From Clostridia bacterium (GTDB lineage: Bacteria > Bacillota > Clostridia > Monoglobales > Firm-18), in contig JAZOOD010000066.1 of assembly GCA_045654805.1 (NCBI GenBank), forward strand, positions 178 through 64,177: a stretch of 64,000 nt of DNA, given 5' to 3'. The notes under the pieces were generated by a model. It searched no databases. It was given only the letters and a program-made list of their open reading frames with translations, and was not told the origin of the DNA. The first letter of the stretch is position 1. Each line of letters opens with the position of its first letter. Of this stretch, positions 20,951-31,192 are shown one piece after another. Made by a program: the position numbers and the translations under genes.

Positions 20951-22243
20951 TTAAAATTTCATATAATTTTTGCGTCTGTCTCTGCGTCGGCGACGTCTTT
21001 TACGTGAAGCATTGTACGCATAACCAACCATTGCTCCGATAACACAAAGTATAATAATCAGGATAACCTTGATAGCTTTTAGTCCGAAAAACCATCCTAT
21101 ACCGCTGAATATAGTTTTTATAATACTTCGTTTAACATCACGTTCCGCAACAAGGTTTACTTCACCTACCAGATTACCCTGATAGGAATAAACTATCTTC
21201 CCTACAACCTCATCCTTTTTAAGAGGTGCCTTGACAGGTTCCTCCAAAACAACCTTTTTTTCTATTGAGGAAATATCATCACCGTCTAAAATAACGCCCT
21301 TTACAGTCTTTTCTGCACATAACAGCAAGGTATCCTTACCCTTGTGGTTTTTAAGCTTTGTCTCATACAAAAGGTCCCCCTGCTTTATAACCGTTACGGT
21401 GGAAAATTTATCAAACCCGTAATTAAAAAGTTCCTGTGCATCAATCATCGCATAATTTACGCCGTTTTCATAAACGGAATTCATTACTATACTCACAAGC
21501 TCCTTTTTACCCTTAGTGGCAGAAGATATTACGGAATATCCACCTGAGCTTGAAGATGAACTCAACCCCGCATCTGCATAATCATATATGTAATCAAGAT
21601 ATATAAACCTGCTCATAAGGTGATTTTTAGTCCAATATGACCTTTCTGCCGAAAGGTTTGTAGCAGGGATTACAATATTTTTTGTTGACAAAAACGGATA
21701 CAGCTTTTTATCCTTATAAAATTCCCTGTAAAGAATAAGCAAATCATTGGCAGTTGTATACTGCTTTTCATCATTACGTCCTGTGGTATTGGTAAATACA
21801 GTATTTTTCATACCGAGGCTTTGGGCATATTCATTCATTTTAGCAACAAAACCTTCTATACTGCTGTAACACATTGCAACGGTAAATGCCGCATCATTAG
21901 CCTGTCCCATAAGCATACCGTAAATAAGGTCGGAGCTTTTAATCTCCTCACCGGGCTTTAAGTTCATATTTGTTTCCATATAATGGGTATATTCATCTAT
22001 ATTGTCGGGTACAATCAACGTCTTATCAAGGCCGTATAATTTGTAGGTAGTATATGCCGTCATAAGCTTTGTAAATTCTGCAGAAGGCAACTGTTTGTCC
22101 GCATTTTTTGTATATATAATCTGCTGACCTGAAAGGGATGCTAAAATAGCAGAAGACGCCCTTGGCTCCGGAGCGGCACTGCACATTAAAGCAGAGCTTA
22201 TAATCGCTGATATTAAAATAAGGCACACCAAAAATTTTTTCAT
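20951..22243 (-). CDS. D-alanyl-D-alanine carboxypeptidase-like protein (peptidase S11, Dac family), catalytic motifs degenerate
   Basis: Signal peptide, PBP5-like fold and C-terminal TM. The SxxK, SxN and KTG motifs appear as AEFTK, QAN and GLSS. Confidence 0.8.
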   Translation of the reverse strand: MKKFLVCLILISAIISSALMCSAAPEPRASSAILASLSGQQIIYTKNADKQLPSAEFTKLMTAYTTYKLYGLDKTLIVPDNIDEYTHYMETNMNLKPGEEIKSSDLIYGMLMGQANDAAFTVAMCYSSIEGFVAKMNEYAQSLGMKNTVFTNTTGRNDEKQYTTANDLLILYREFYKDKKLYPFLSTKNIVIPATNLSAERSYWTKNHLMSRFIYLDYIYDYADAGLSSSSSSGGYSVISSATKGKKELVSIVMNSVYENGVNYAMIDAQELFNYGFDKFSTVTVIKQGDLLYETKLKNHKGKDTLLLCAEKTVKGVILDGDDISSIEKKVVLEEPVKAPLKKDEVVGKIVYSYQGNLVGEVNLVAERDVKRSIIKTIFSGIGWFFGLKAIKVILIIILCVIGAMVGYAYNASRKRRRRRRDRRKNYMKF

Positions 22244-22302
22244 GGTATAATCCTCCTACATCTTTATAAAAAGATTATACCAAAAAAATCAACACTTTAC
22301 AA

Positions 22303-23175
22303 CTAAATTTCGACAATTTTTTTCATACATATATTCATTCCGTAAATTGCCATTAATTCTATAAGCTCCGTTTCTGTAACTGTCTTTAAAATACGCATAT
22401 GACTGTCCACTATATTTATAATATAATAGCGGTCGTAGGAAAGCATTTTCAATATATATTTTGCCTTTTGATTTTCCTCCGCAACCAATATTCCCCCTTG
22501 TGAAACTCCCTTTTCCAAAAGCTTTTTACGGCTGTACAGAATATCCATCATTATTATCATATTGGCGTTTTTCCGTTCCTCTGTTATATTTGCAATTAAA
22601 AAACCTCCTATAACCAAAAACGAAAAATTGAATTTTGTTATGTACAAGGCATAAATCCCCGCTGCAAATATTAAAAAACCCAATCCCCAGCTTATGTTCA
22701 ATGACACATTTGCAGCCCGTATATGACCTAGCCTTTTTACCAGTAATGCCCTTAATATCCGCCCTCCGTCCAGTGGCAGAACGGGCAAAATATTGAATAT
22801 ACCCATAACAAGACTGGCGGTTATTATATATTCCTTATAAATCCCGTTATAAAATCCGTAAACTAAATACCCAATTAAAAAATTACTTAAAGGACCTGCA
22901 AGGGATATTTTTATTTCGGAATTTGTGTCCTTTATACAATTTTGTGCCACCCGCATTGTTATTCCAAAGGGAAGTATTTCCACACCATCGATTTTTGTAC
23001 CGCATTTTTTTGCCACAAGTATATGAGCACATTCGTGTATTGCAGTAATGGTATATGCAATAATCAGCATATCAAAAAAACGAAAATAAAAGCCTGTTAC
23101 AAATAAAAGTATGCTCCACAGGCTAATTTCCAGTTTTTTAATTTTTATCGGCTTCATCAGGTTTTTCAGCGTCAT
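22303..23175 (-). CDS. spoIVFB: SpoIVFB-family M50 intramembrane metalloprotease
   Basis: HECAH, LPFG, AGPLSN, FNILPVLPLDGGRIL. Confidence 0.85.
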   Translation of the reverse strand: MTLKNLMKPIKIKKLEISLWSILLFVTGFYFRFFDMLIIAYTITAIHECAHILVAKKCGTKIDGVEILPFGITMRVAQNCIKDTNSEIKISLAGPLSNFLIGYLVYGFYNGIYKEYIITASLVMGIFNILPVLPLDGGRILRALLVKRLGHIRAANVSLNISWGLGFLIFAAGIYALYITKFNFSFLVIGGFLIANITEERKNANMIIMMDILYSRKKLLEKGVSQGGILVAEENQKAKYILKMLSYDRYYIINIVDSHMRILKTVTETELIELMAIYGMNICMKKIVEI

Positions 23176-23431
23176 CTTGTTCTCCCTTTGTGAAATTATT
23201 TATTTTGTTCATAATATCCTCAGCAGTGGCTTTATAATCCACAGTGTATGTAAGAACAGAGTCTATCCTCTCGCTGAGTTTTATTGCTGTGTCGGTTTTT
23301 AACAGGCTTATAACAGCGACAATCACAATTATCACTCCGCATACAAGGCTTTGTCTGGCAAGCTTTACTTTAAAATCCACCTTGTCCTCTTTGTTTATAT
23401 TTGCCGGTCTGGTACGTTTGTATCTCTCCAT
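23138..23431 (-). CDS. Short single-TM protein in the SpoIVFA position (no M23 domain)
   Basis: RBS AGGAG; one TM segment; overlaps the spoIVFB start. Confidence 0.55.
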   Translation of the reverse strand: MERYKRTRPANINKEDKVDFKVKLARQSLVCGVIIVIVAVISLLKTDTAIKLSERIDSVLTYTVDYKATAEDIMNKINNFTKGEQDDAEKPDEADKN

Positions 23432-23543
23432 ACTTTATCACTCCTTGCTATAATATATTTGCATTTATATGAAAATATGTTGAAATTTTTGCAATTTTGG
23501 TGTATCATATTAATATTAGGTAATTTGTCGAAAGGATAAAACT

Positions 23544-25385
23544 ATGAATATAAATTATTTACTTGATAAAGTGGAAAAGCCGGGCAGATATACAGGCGGT
23601 GAATGGGGCAGTGTTGTTAAAAACCCCGATGATGTTGACATACGCTTTGCCTTTTGTTTTCCCGATACTTATGAAATAGGCATGAGCCACCTTGGCATTA
23701 AAATATTATACGGACTATTTAACCAGCGTAAGGATACTTATTGTGAACGAGTTTATGCCCCCTGGACGGATATGGAACAATTGATGCGTGAAAACAATAT
23801 TCCCCTGTACGCATTGGAAAGTAAGGACCCTATAAACAAATTTGACTTTGTGGGCTTTACGTTACAGTATGAAATGAGCTATTCCAACATTTTGAATATG
23901 CTTGATTTAGGCAATATTCCTCTGCTCAGCAGTGAACGCGGTGAGGATGACCCATTGGTTTGCGGTGGAGGACCGTGCTCATATAATGCAGAGCCTATTG
24001 CGGACTTTTTCGACTTCTTTACAATGGGTGAAGGCGAGGAAGTTATGACAGAGATACTTGACGTGTATGCCAAGCATAAAAAACAGGGCGGTACACGTAA
24101 GGAATATCTTGAAAAAATTGCCCGTATCGATGGTGTTTACGTTCCCTCTTTTTATGATGTGGAATACAACGATGACGGCACAGTAAAATCCGTAACGCCA
24201 AACAATGAAAATGCAAAACCCGTTATAACCAAAAGAATTATAAAGGATATGGACAAGGTATATTACCCCACTGACTTTATTGTTCCAAATATAGAAATTG
24301 TACACGACAGAATAATGCTCGAAGTATTCCGCGGATGTACACGAGGATGCCGTTTTTGTCAGGCGGGTATGATATACCGCCCTGTACGTGAAAAGTCACC
24401 TGAACGCTTGCTTGGTCTTGCGGAGGATATGATTAAAAACACGGGGTATGAGGAAATTTCCCTTACTTCCCTTTCAACATCGGACTATTCAGGTCTTGAG
24501 CCTATGTGCAACGGGCTTTTAGATATGACAAAGCCTAAAAACATTAACTTGTCATTACCATCACTTCGAATCGACAACTTTTCACTTGAACTGATGGAAA
24601 AGGTGCGTCATAAGGGCTTGACATTTGCCCCCGAAGCAGGTACCCAAAGGCTACGTGACGTAATAAATAAAAATATTACTGAGGAAGATATTAAGCATTC
24701 TACCTCCCTTGCCTTCAACGGCGGTTACAACGGGGTAAAGCTATACTTTATGATGGGCTTGCCTACGGAAACTGACGAGGATATAGAGGGTATATCAGAC
24801 CTTGCAAACCTGGTTGCAGACCAGTATTTTGCTGTACCTAAGGAAAAGCGTGCGAAGGGACTTCGTATTACAGTAAGTACATCATGCTTTGTTCCAAAGC
24901 CCTTTACCCCATTCCAGTGGGAGCCTATGGACACTATGGAAAACTTGGAACGCAAGCAGGAAATATTGCAGAAAAAAATACGCTCACGCTCTATAAAATA
25001 CAACTGGCACGACGCTGACGTAAGCTATCTTGAGGCAGTATTTGCACGAGGCGACAGAAAGCTTAACAAGGTAATGCTTGAAGCTCATAAGCAGGGCATA
25101 AAATTCGACAGTTGGGCAGAATTTTTTGACTTCGAAAAATGGATGGATATATTTAAAAAATGCGGAATAGACCCCGATTTTTATGCTATCCGCAAGCGTG
25201 AATATGACGAGGTTTTACCTTGGGACCATATAAGCGTAGGTGTAAGCAAAAGCTTTATGATTAACGAAAGTAAAAAGGCACACAGCGAGGTTACAACCCC
25301 TCAATGCCGTGAAAAGTGCAGCGGTTGCGGTGCTAATAAGTTTGGAGGTGGTATCTGTGGCGACTGTGCTAAGGGCAACATTTAA
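23544..25385 (+). CDS. TIGR03960-type B12-binding radical SAM protein
   Basis: KPGRYTGGE, FPDTYEIGMSHLG, RGCTRGCRFCQAG, C-terminal CxxxCxxCG. Confidence 0.9.
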   Translation: MNINYLLDKVEKPGRYTGGEWGSVVKNPDDVDIRFAFCFPDTYEIGMSHLGIKILYGLFNQRKDTYCERVYAPWTDMEQLMRENNIPLYALESKDPINKFDFVGFTLQYEMSYSNILNMLDLGNIPLLSSERGEDDPLVCGGGPCSYNAEPIADFFDFFTMGEGEEVMTEILDVYAKHKKQGGTRKEYLEKIARIDGVYVPSFYDVEYNDDGTVKSVTPNNENAKPVITKRIIKDMDKVYYPTDFIVPNIEIVHDRIMLEVFRGCTRGCRFCQAGMIYRPVREKSPERLLGLAEDMIKNTGYEEISLTSLSTSDYSGLEPMCNGLLDMTKPKNINLSLPSLRIDNFSLELMEKVRHKGLTFAPEAGTQRLRDVINKNITEEDIKHSTSLAFNGGYNGVKLYFMMGLPTETDEDIEGISDLANLVADQYFAVPKEKRAKGLRITVSTSCFVPKPFTPFQWEPMDTMENLERKQEILQKKIRSRSIKYNWHDADVSYLEAVFARGDRKLNKVMLEAHKQGIKFDSWAEFFDFEKWMDIFKKCGIDPDFYAIRKREYDEVLPWDHISVGVSKSFMINESKKAHSEVTTPQCREKCSGCGANKFGGGICGDCAKGNI

Positions 25386-26007
25386 AAAAGGTGAGGCACT
25401 GCGATATACAGGGCATCTTGACATACTACGTACCTTTGTGCGTGGTATGCGGCGTGCGGAGATACCGTTTAAATACTCCGAAGGCTTTAACCCACACGCT
25501 GTAATGAGCTTTGCACTTCCACTTGGTGTTGGTACAACAAGTGACTGTGAAATTGTGGAAATACAGATGAAGGAGCAGATACCAGCAGAGGATTTTATAA
25601 AAGCGGTTAATGAAAAAATGCCTCCTCAAAGTATTGAGATTATATCTGCAGAATATTCTGATGAAAAAACTCCTGTTATTATAAAGGCGGAATATGTTAT
25701 TGAGTATGAAAATGATGTTCCCGTTAACTATGATGAAATTGAGGAAGCTTTGTCAGGCAAGGAAATTTTAATTGAAAAAAAGAGCAAAAGACAAATGAAG
25801 GAAATTAATCTTTCCGACCATATATTTGACCACAGGGTTGAAAAAAAGAACGGTAAAACCTTTACCTTATATATAACAGTATCGGCAGGTAATACTTTTA
25901 ACATTAAGCCTCAGCTTATAACAGACGGGCTTAAAAAGGTGTGCTCCGGCTTTAACCCCATATTGGTACTTCCAAACAGAAAGAAATTTATATTTGAAGG
26001 AGAATGA
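25357..26007 (+). CDS. TIGR03936-type radical SAM-associated protein (DUF2344)
   Basis: RYTGHLD and YSEGFNPH; GTG start after GGAGG. Confidence 0.85.
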   Translation: MATVLRATFKKGEALRYTGHLDILRTFVRGMRRAEIPFKYSEGFNPHAVMSFALPLGVGTTSDCEIVEIQMKEQIPAEDFIKAVNEKMPPQSIEIISAEYSDEKTPVIIKAEYVIEYENDVPVNYDEIEEALSGKEILIEKKSKRQMKEINLSDHIFDHRVEKKNGKTFTLYITVSAGNTFNIKPQLITDGLKKVCSGFNPILVLPNRKKFIFEGE

Positions 26008-26429
26008 ATATGAAATTCCCAAAATTTAAACAAACAGATATTATTAAAATCGACACACTAATCGGCAAAAGAGCAATCATTACAGGTGATATCACAGGCA
26101 AAGGCAATTTTAAAATTGACGGTACTGTTACAGGTGATGTTACCATAAAAGGTGACCTTGTAACAGGGGATAAGTCAACTATAACAGGTAATATTATCGC
26201 TAAAAACATAATTATTGCAGGCAAGGTTGCCGGTGATGTTGAAGCGTCAGGTCAGCTTACAATAAAGGCTACAGGTTCAATAAGCGGCGACCAGAAATGC
26301 GGCAGCCTTATTGTTGAAGAAGGTTCAAGTGTTGTAGGTAAATGTGAAATAAGCGGTAAAATTGAGGAAGACGATGACGACAAAGAAGAACAGATAGAAT
26401 TTGAAGAAACTGAAGAATTGGATGATTAA
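26004..26429 (+). CDS. Bactofilin (polymer-forming cytoskeletal protein)
   Basis: IDTLIG, repeated I/V-x-G-D/N-I/V beta-helix units, LIVEEG. Confidence 0.88.
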   Translation: MNMKFPKFKQTDIIKIDTLIGKRAIITGDITGKGNFKIDGTVTGDVTIKGDLVTGDKSTITGNIIAKNIIIAGKVAGDVEASGQLTIKATGSISGDQKCGSLIVEEGSSVVGKCEISGKIEEDDDDKEEQIEFEETEELDD

Positions 26430-26431
26430 TT

Positions 26432-27442
26432 ATGAACGATTATCAGGAAGAAAGAATTATCAGCACAAGGAATTTTGATGCTGAAAATGATTACGAATAT
26501 TCACTCCGTCCACGCACAATTGATGAATATGTAGGTCAGCAAAAGGTTAAGGAAAATCTCGAGGTATTTATACAGGCTGCAAGGGAACGCCGGGAAGCAT
26601 TAGACCACGTTTTATTGTACGGTCCACCGGGGCTTGGTAAGACTACACTTGCCTCCATTATAGCCAACGAGATGGGTGTTAATATAAGGGTTACAAGCGG
26701 GCCTGCCATTGAAAAGCAAGGAGATTTAGCCGCACTTCTTACCAATTTGTCGGAACATGATATTTTATTTATTGACGAAATCCATCGTATGAGCCGTTCT
26801 ATTGAAGAAGTTTTGTACCCTGCTATGGAAGACTATGCTTTGGATATTATTGTAGGACAAGGTCCATCGGCACGTTCAATACGAATTGACTTACCTAAAT
26901 TCACATTAATAGGTGCTACAACTCGTGCGGGATTACTTTCCGCACCGTTACGTGACCGTTTTGGTGTAATATCACGCCTTGAACTGTATTCTACTGAAGA
27001 GCTTGCAAAAATTGTAGGTCGTTCTGCAAACATTTTAGGTGCACAAATTGACGAGGACGGTATGAGAGAAATTGCCTCACGTTCAAGGGGTACACCGCGT
27101 ATCGCAAACCGCCTTTTAAAACGAGTGCGTGACTATGCACAGATAAAGGCAAACGGTGTTATTACAAAGGAAGTTGCAGATGCGGCACTTACAATGCTTG
27201 AGGTAGATAAAATCGGTCTTGATAAAATTGACAAAAATATGATGCTGTCTATTATAAAGTCATTTGGCGGAGGCCCTGTGGGACTTGACACATTAGCGGC
27301 AACAATAGGCGAGGACCCGGGTACTATTGAAGACGTTTACGAACCATATTTGCTTCAGCAAGGATTTATAAACCGTACTCCCCGTGGCAGAATGGCAACA
27401 AAGGTTGCTTATGATTATTTTGGTATACCAATTAACGAATAA
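26432..27442 (+). CDS. ruvB: Holliday junction branch migration helicase RuvB
   Basis: [34 protein letters not shown]. Confidence 0.98.
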   Translation: MNDYQEERIISTRNFDAENDYEYSLRPRTIDEYVGQQKVKENLEVFIQAARERREALDHVLLYGPPGLGKTTLASIIANEMGVNIRVTSGPAIEKQGDLAALLTNLSEHDILFIDEIHRMSRSIEEVLYPAMEDYALDIIVGQGPSARSIRIDLPKFTLIGATTRAGLLSAPLRDRFGVISRLELYSTEELAKIVGRSANILGAQIDEDGMREIASRSRGTPRIANRLLKRVRDYAQIKANGVITKEVADAALTMLEVDKIGLDKIDKNMMLSIIKSFGGGPVGLDTLAATIGEDPGTIEDVYEPYLLQQGFINRTPRGRMATKVAYDYFGIPINE

Positions 27443-27460
27443 ATATAAAGGAGTTTTAAA

Positions 27461-27841
27461 ATGAAATTTTTAAAGGAATTTAAAGAATTTGCATTCAAGG
27501 GTAATGTCCTTGATATGGCAGTCGGTGTTGTTATAGGTACTGCTTTTGGTAAAATCGTTACATCCGTGGTTAACGACTTAATTATGCCACTAGTAGGTAT
27601 GTTAACAGCAGGTAAGGATTTTACATCTATTGTTATCCCTCTAAGAGGGGAAAGCGCTATGATGATTGGCAACTTTATTCAGTCACTTGTGGACTTTTTG
27701 ATAATTGCCGCATCTATCTTCTTATTTGTTAAATTCATCAACAGATTTAAGAAAAAGGAAGAACCAAAGCCCGAGGCACCAAAAGGTCCTTCTACCGAAG
27801 AGTTGTTGGCAGAAATTCGTGATTTGTTAAAGGATAAATAA
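27461..27841 (+). CDS. mscL: Large-conductance mechanosensitive channel
   Basis: EFKEFAFKGNVLDMAVGVVIG...LLAEIRDLL. Confidence 0.97.
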   Translation: MKFLKEFKEFAFKGNVLDMAVGVVIGTAFGKIVTSVVNDLIMPLVGMLTAGKDFTSIVIPLRGESAMMIGNFIQSLVDFLIIAASIFLFVKFINRFKKKEEPKPEAPKGPSTEELLAEIRDLLKDK

Positions 27842-27849
27842 TACATAAA

Positions 27850-28373
27850 AATATTTTTATGTACTTTTGTAGCAAAAGTACCAAAAACGCGGGGGTTTCG
27901 ATTCCCCCGCACCCCTAAATGACAATGGCTTCGCCCTTGACCCGTTTGGGGGGTTCTTTATTTTACAGATTAAAGTATGTGGTATCTACCAAATCCAAAA
28001 ACTACACGCCGTCGTCATACACGAACTTATCGTGCTGACTCCTAAAATCATTGTCCAGCAGAGGAAGTTGATAACAATGATTTTACCTTTGTTTTTGGAT
28101 TTTCTGTCAGTGCTTATCTGTGGCACAAAGTTACACACATATAAACCAGGTCTGTGGCGGAGGATTAGAAAATGTCTGCAGGCTTGCAGTAATTATGCCG
28201 CAAAATTGCCCACATCATTTCCCTCTGCTGGTGGGCAATTTTAGAAACTTTGAGCGGAAAGCCGCGAATATTTTCGACGGCTTAATTACAAAAACTGCAG
28301 TTGCTTTTTCTTTTCGACAGAGCCGACCTGGAATTTTTTCGGCACTTTTTTAAAAAAGTGTCCCGTCGGAGAC
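27850..28373. repeat. Dispersed modular palindromic repeat, copy 2
   Basis: Shares modules A and B with copies 1 and 3; divergent module C ends in CCCGTCGGAGAC like copy 1. Confidence 0.9.
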
Positions 28374-28411
28374 AAAAAAAGATAATATTTTCTTCAAATT
28401 ATTTGGTGAAT

Positions 28412-28451
28412 AAAAATGGGTTATAGAAAATGTGATTTCTATAACCCATTT
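28412..28451. terminator. Intrinsic terminator (mainly minus strand)
   Basis: AAATGGGTTATAGAAA...TTTCTATAACCCATTT. Confidence 0.75.
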
Positions 28452-28458
28452 AATTTTA

Positions 28459-28926
28459 TCAAAATATTTTATTATTATTTACTGATGCAGACACAAGCTT
28501 ATCACCCTTATATTCAAGCACAAGGTTAAAAAACTTTGCATCTGTGCGGATTAAACCTAAAAATATCTTATCCCCCTCCCACATAGGCAGGTCATACATT
28601 TTGTCACGGTCTATCCATTCCAACACACCTTCGTCACACTCAATTAATTCACCCTCGTACCCATCAGCAGTATAGAGGTGCATCTTTTCATCTTCATACA
28701 CATCTGATTTAAAATACACAATACCCCTGTACTGATAAGAAGTCAGCGTAAGACCCGTTTCTTCCAAAGCCTCACGCAAAATGCATTGTTCGGAACTTTC
28801 CCCATCCTCCAATCTGCCTCCAATGCCAACCCACTTATCCTTGTTGACATCTTCCTCCTTCTTTATACGGTGGAGCATAAGATATTTATTATTATTTTGA
28901 ATATAACAAAGTGTAGTTTCCTTCAT
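28459..28926 (-). CDS. NUDIX hydrolase (MutT/8-oxo-dGTPase-like)
   Basis: GGRLEDGESSEQCILREALEETGL Nudix box; CDEGVLEW, MWEGD. Confidence 0.9.
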   Translation of the reverse strand: MKETTLCYIQNNNKYLMLHRIKKEEDVNKDKWVGIGGRLEDGESSEQCILREALEETGLTLTSYQYRGIVYFKSDVYEDEKMHLYTADGYEGELIECDEGVLEWIDRDKMYDLPMWEGDKIFLGLIRTDAKFFNLVLEYKGDKLVSASVNNNKIF

Positions 28927-28930
28927 TTTA

Positions 28931-30079
28931 TTAATCTCTCTTTGTCAAATCCTGTGGTCTTTCACCTTTGCCGAAATGGTACAAAATAGCCTCAACAGTT
29001 CTGCGGGAAGCCTCTCCGTCACCATATGGATTTACAGCGTGAGCCATGCTATTATATTCATTTTCATCTGTCAACAGCTTTTTAGCCATATTGTATATAA
29101 CATCCTCATCAACACCCGCAACCTTTACTGTGCCTGCTTCAACGGCCTCGGGGCGTTCTGTTTCGTTACGCAAAACCAACACGGGCTTGCCAAGTGAAGG
29201 AGCTTCCTCCTGCAAACCGCCGGAATCCGTCATAATCATATAACTGCGGTCCATAGCATTATGCATATCACGTACATCAATAGGGTCGATTAGGTGTACT
29301 CTGTCCATACCTGCAAGGTATTTGTTTACAGTTTCTCTAACCGCAGGATTAAGATGTACAGGGTAAACAAGTTCAACGTCACTAAATTCAGTAACAATTC
29401 TCTTAAGTGCACGGCAGATATTTTCCAAAGGCTCTCCCAGATTTTCACGTCTGTGAGCAGTTACAAGAATAACCCTATTTGAAAAATCAACATCGTCCAT
29501 ACTTGCACAAAGCTTATAATCCTTGCTTACAGTAGTTTTAAGTGCATCAATAACCGTGTTACCTGTAATGTAAATATCCTTATCTTCAATAGCTTCTTTA
29601 ATAAGATTATTTCTGTTGGAAATTGTGGGTGAAAAATGCAAATCAGCAATTCGTCCTGTCAAACATCTGTTCATTTCCTCGGGGAATGGTGAATATTTGT
29701 CGTATGTACGAAGACCTGCCTCTACGTGACCTACGGGAATCTGATTATAAAATGCTGCCAAAGCACCTACAAATGTGGTAGATGTGTCCCCGTGTACCAA
29801 CACGATGTCAGGCTTAGCTTCCTTTAAAACATTGTCAAGACCCTGCAAAACATTTGTAGTTATGCTGATAAGAGTCTGTCTGTCCTTCATAATATCAAGG
29901 TCGTAATCAGGCTTGATATCAAAAATTGCCAAAACCTGGTCAAGCATCTGTCTGTGCTGAGCTGTAACACACACGATAGATTCTACTTTATCATTCTTTT
30001 CCAGTTCCTTAACAAGGGGAGCCATTTTAATAGCCTCCGGTCTTGTGCCGAATACTGTCATTACTTTAATCTTGTCCAT
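28931..30079 (-). CDS. wecB: UDP-N-acetylglucosamine 2-epimerase
   Basis: FGTRPEAIKMAP, HGDT, HVEAGLR, TDSGGLQEEAP, NPYGDG. Confidence 0.95.
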   Translation of the reverse strand: MDKIKVMTVFGTRPEAIKMAPLVKELEKNDKVESIVCVTAQHRQMLDQVLAIFDIKPDYDLDIMKDRQTLISITTNVLQGLDNVLKEAKPDIVLVHGDTSTTFVGALAAFYNQIPVGHVEAGLRTYDKYSPFPEEMNRCLTGRIADLHFSPTISNRNNLIKEAIEDKDIYITGNTVIDALKTTVSKDYKLCASMDDVDFSNRVILVTAHRRENLGEPLENICRALKRIVTEFSDVELVYPVHLNPAVRETVNKYLAGMDRVHLIDPIDVRDMHNAMDRSYMIMTDSGGLQEEAPSLGKPVLVLRNETERPEAVEAGTVKVAGVDEDVIYNMAKKLLTDENEYNSMAHAVNPYGDGEASRRTVEAILYHFGKGERPQDLTKRD

Positions 30080-31181
30080 TTTCATCATTCTCACTTTCTT
30101 CATTTTCCGCACTGATTTTATCTTCATCTGTTGAAGCTTCATTTTCCGTAATCCTATTTTTTGCAAGTGTAATACCCACTGCGGAAACAAACACAACCGC
30201 CAATATCAAAACAATGGCTCTTGGTGCACCGCAAAGGAGTAATACCACTGCAGACAATGACAAAAGTCCGCTTGTTATAAGCAGGATAATTACTGTCTGC
30301 TTCTGGTCGAAACCTAAATCTATAAGCCTGTGGTGAACGTGACCACGGTCGGGCTGCATAGGAGACTGCCCCCTCATAACCCTGCGTATAATTGCAAATG
30401 CAGTATCAAAAATCGGCAATCCTAATATTAAAAACGGCACAGCCATAGAAATAACCGCATATCCTTTAAAAAGACCAACAACACTTATGCACGCCAGTAT
30501 AAAGCCTAAAAATGTAGAGCCCGTATCACCCATAAAAATCTTTGCAGGATGGATATTGTACGGCAAAAAGCCAAAGCCCGCACCTGCAACGGCAGCAGTT
30601 ACAATAGCAACTCCCATTTCCCTTGTAATAAGGGAAATTGCGAATAATGAAACAGTAGATATTGTAGAAACTCCTGCAGCCAATCCATCAAGACCGTCAA
30701 TAAGATTAACGGCATTTGTAACGCCCACTATCCACAGTACGGTAATGGGTATTGCAAGCATTCCCAAATCGATATACGGACTGCTGCCGATACCAAAGCT
30801 TGAAAGATGGTCAATACGTACACCGTGCATAACCACTATAAGCGCCGCAAATATCTGAATAACAAATTTCAAAAGTGCATTTAAGCTGTATATATCATCA
30901 AATATACCAAGTACAACAATTATTATACATCCTATAAGGATACCTCGTAAGGAGGTATCAATTTCTGCAAAGCATAAAATAGAAATTATAAAACCATAAA
31001 AAATCGCTATACCGCCAATCCTTGCGGTAGGTTTTTTATGCATACGGCGGTTATCCTTAGGTACGTCAACGGCACCTATTCGAAACGCCAGCATCTTTAC
31101 TATAGGTGTGCTTGCATATGATATCAAAAATGCCACCACAAATGCAAACAACAACCTTAAAAATCCAAAATCCAAACTCAT
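30066..31181 (-). CDS. tagO: Undecaprenyl-phosphate GlcNAc-1-P transferase (TagO/WecA, MraY family)
   Basis: NAVNLIDGLDGLA, FMGDTGS, DRGHVHHRL; multi-TM. Confidence 0.9.
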   Translation of the reverse strand: MSLDFGFLRLLFAFVVAFLISYASTPIVKMLAFRIGAVDVPKDNRRMHKKPTARIGGIAIFYGFIISILCFAEIDTSLRGILIGCIIIVVLGIFDDIYSLNALLKFVIQIFAALIVVMHGVRIDHLSSFGIGSSPYIDLGMLAIPITVLWIVGVTNAVNLIDGLDGLAAGVSTISTVSLFAISLITREMGVAIVTAAVAGAGFGFLPYNIHPAKIFMGDTGSTFLGFILACISVVGLFKGYAVISMAVPFLILGLPIFDTAFAIIRRVMRGQSPMQPDRGHVHHRLIDLGFDQKQTVIILLITSGLLSLSAVVLLLCGAPRAIVLILAVVFVSAVGITLAKNRITENEASTDEDKISAENEESENDENGQD

Positions 31182-31192
31182 AATATTTCACC

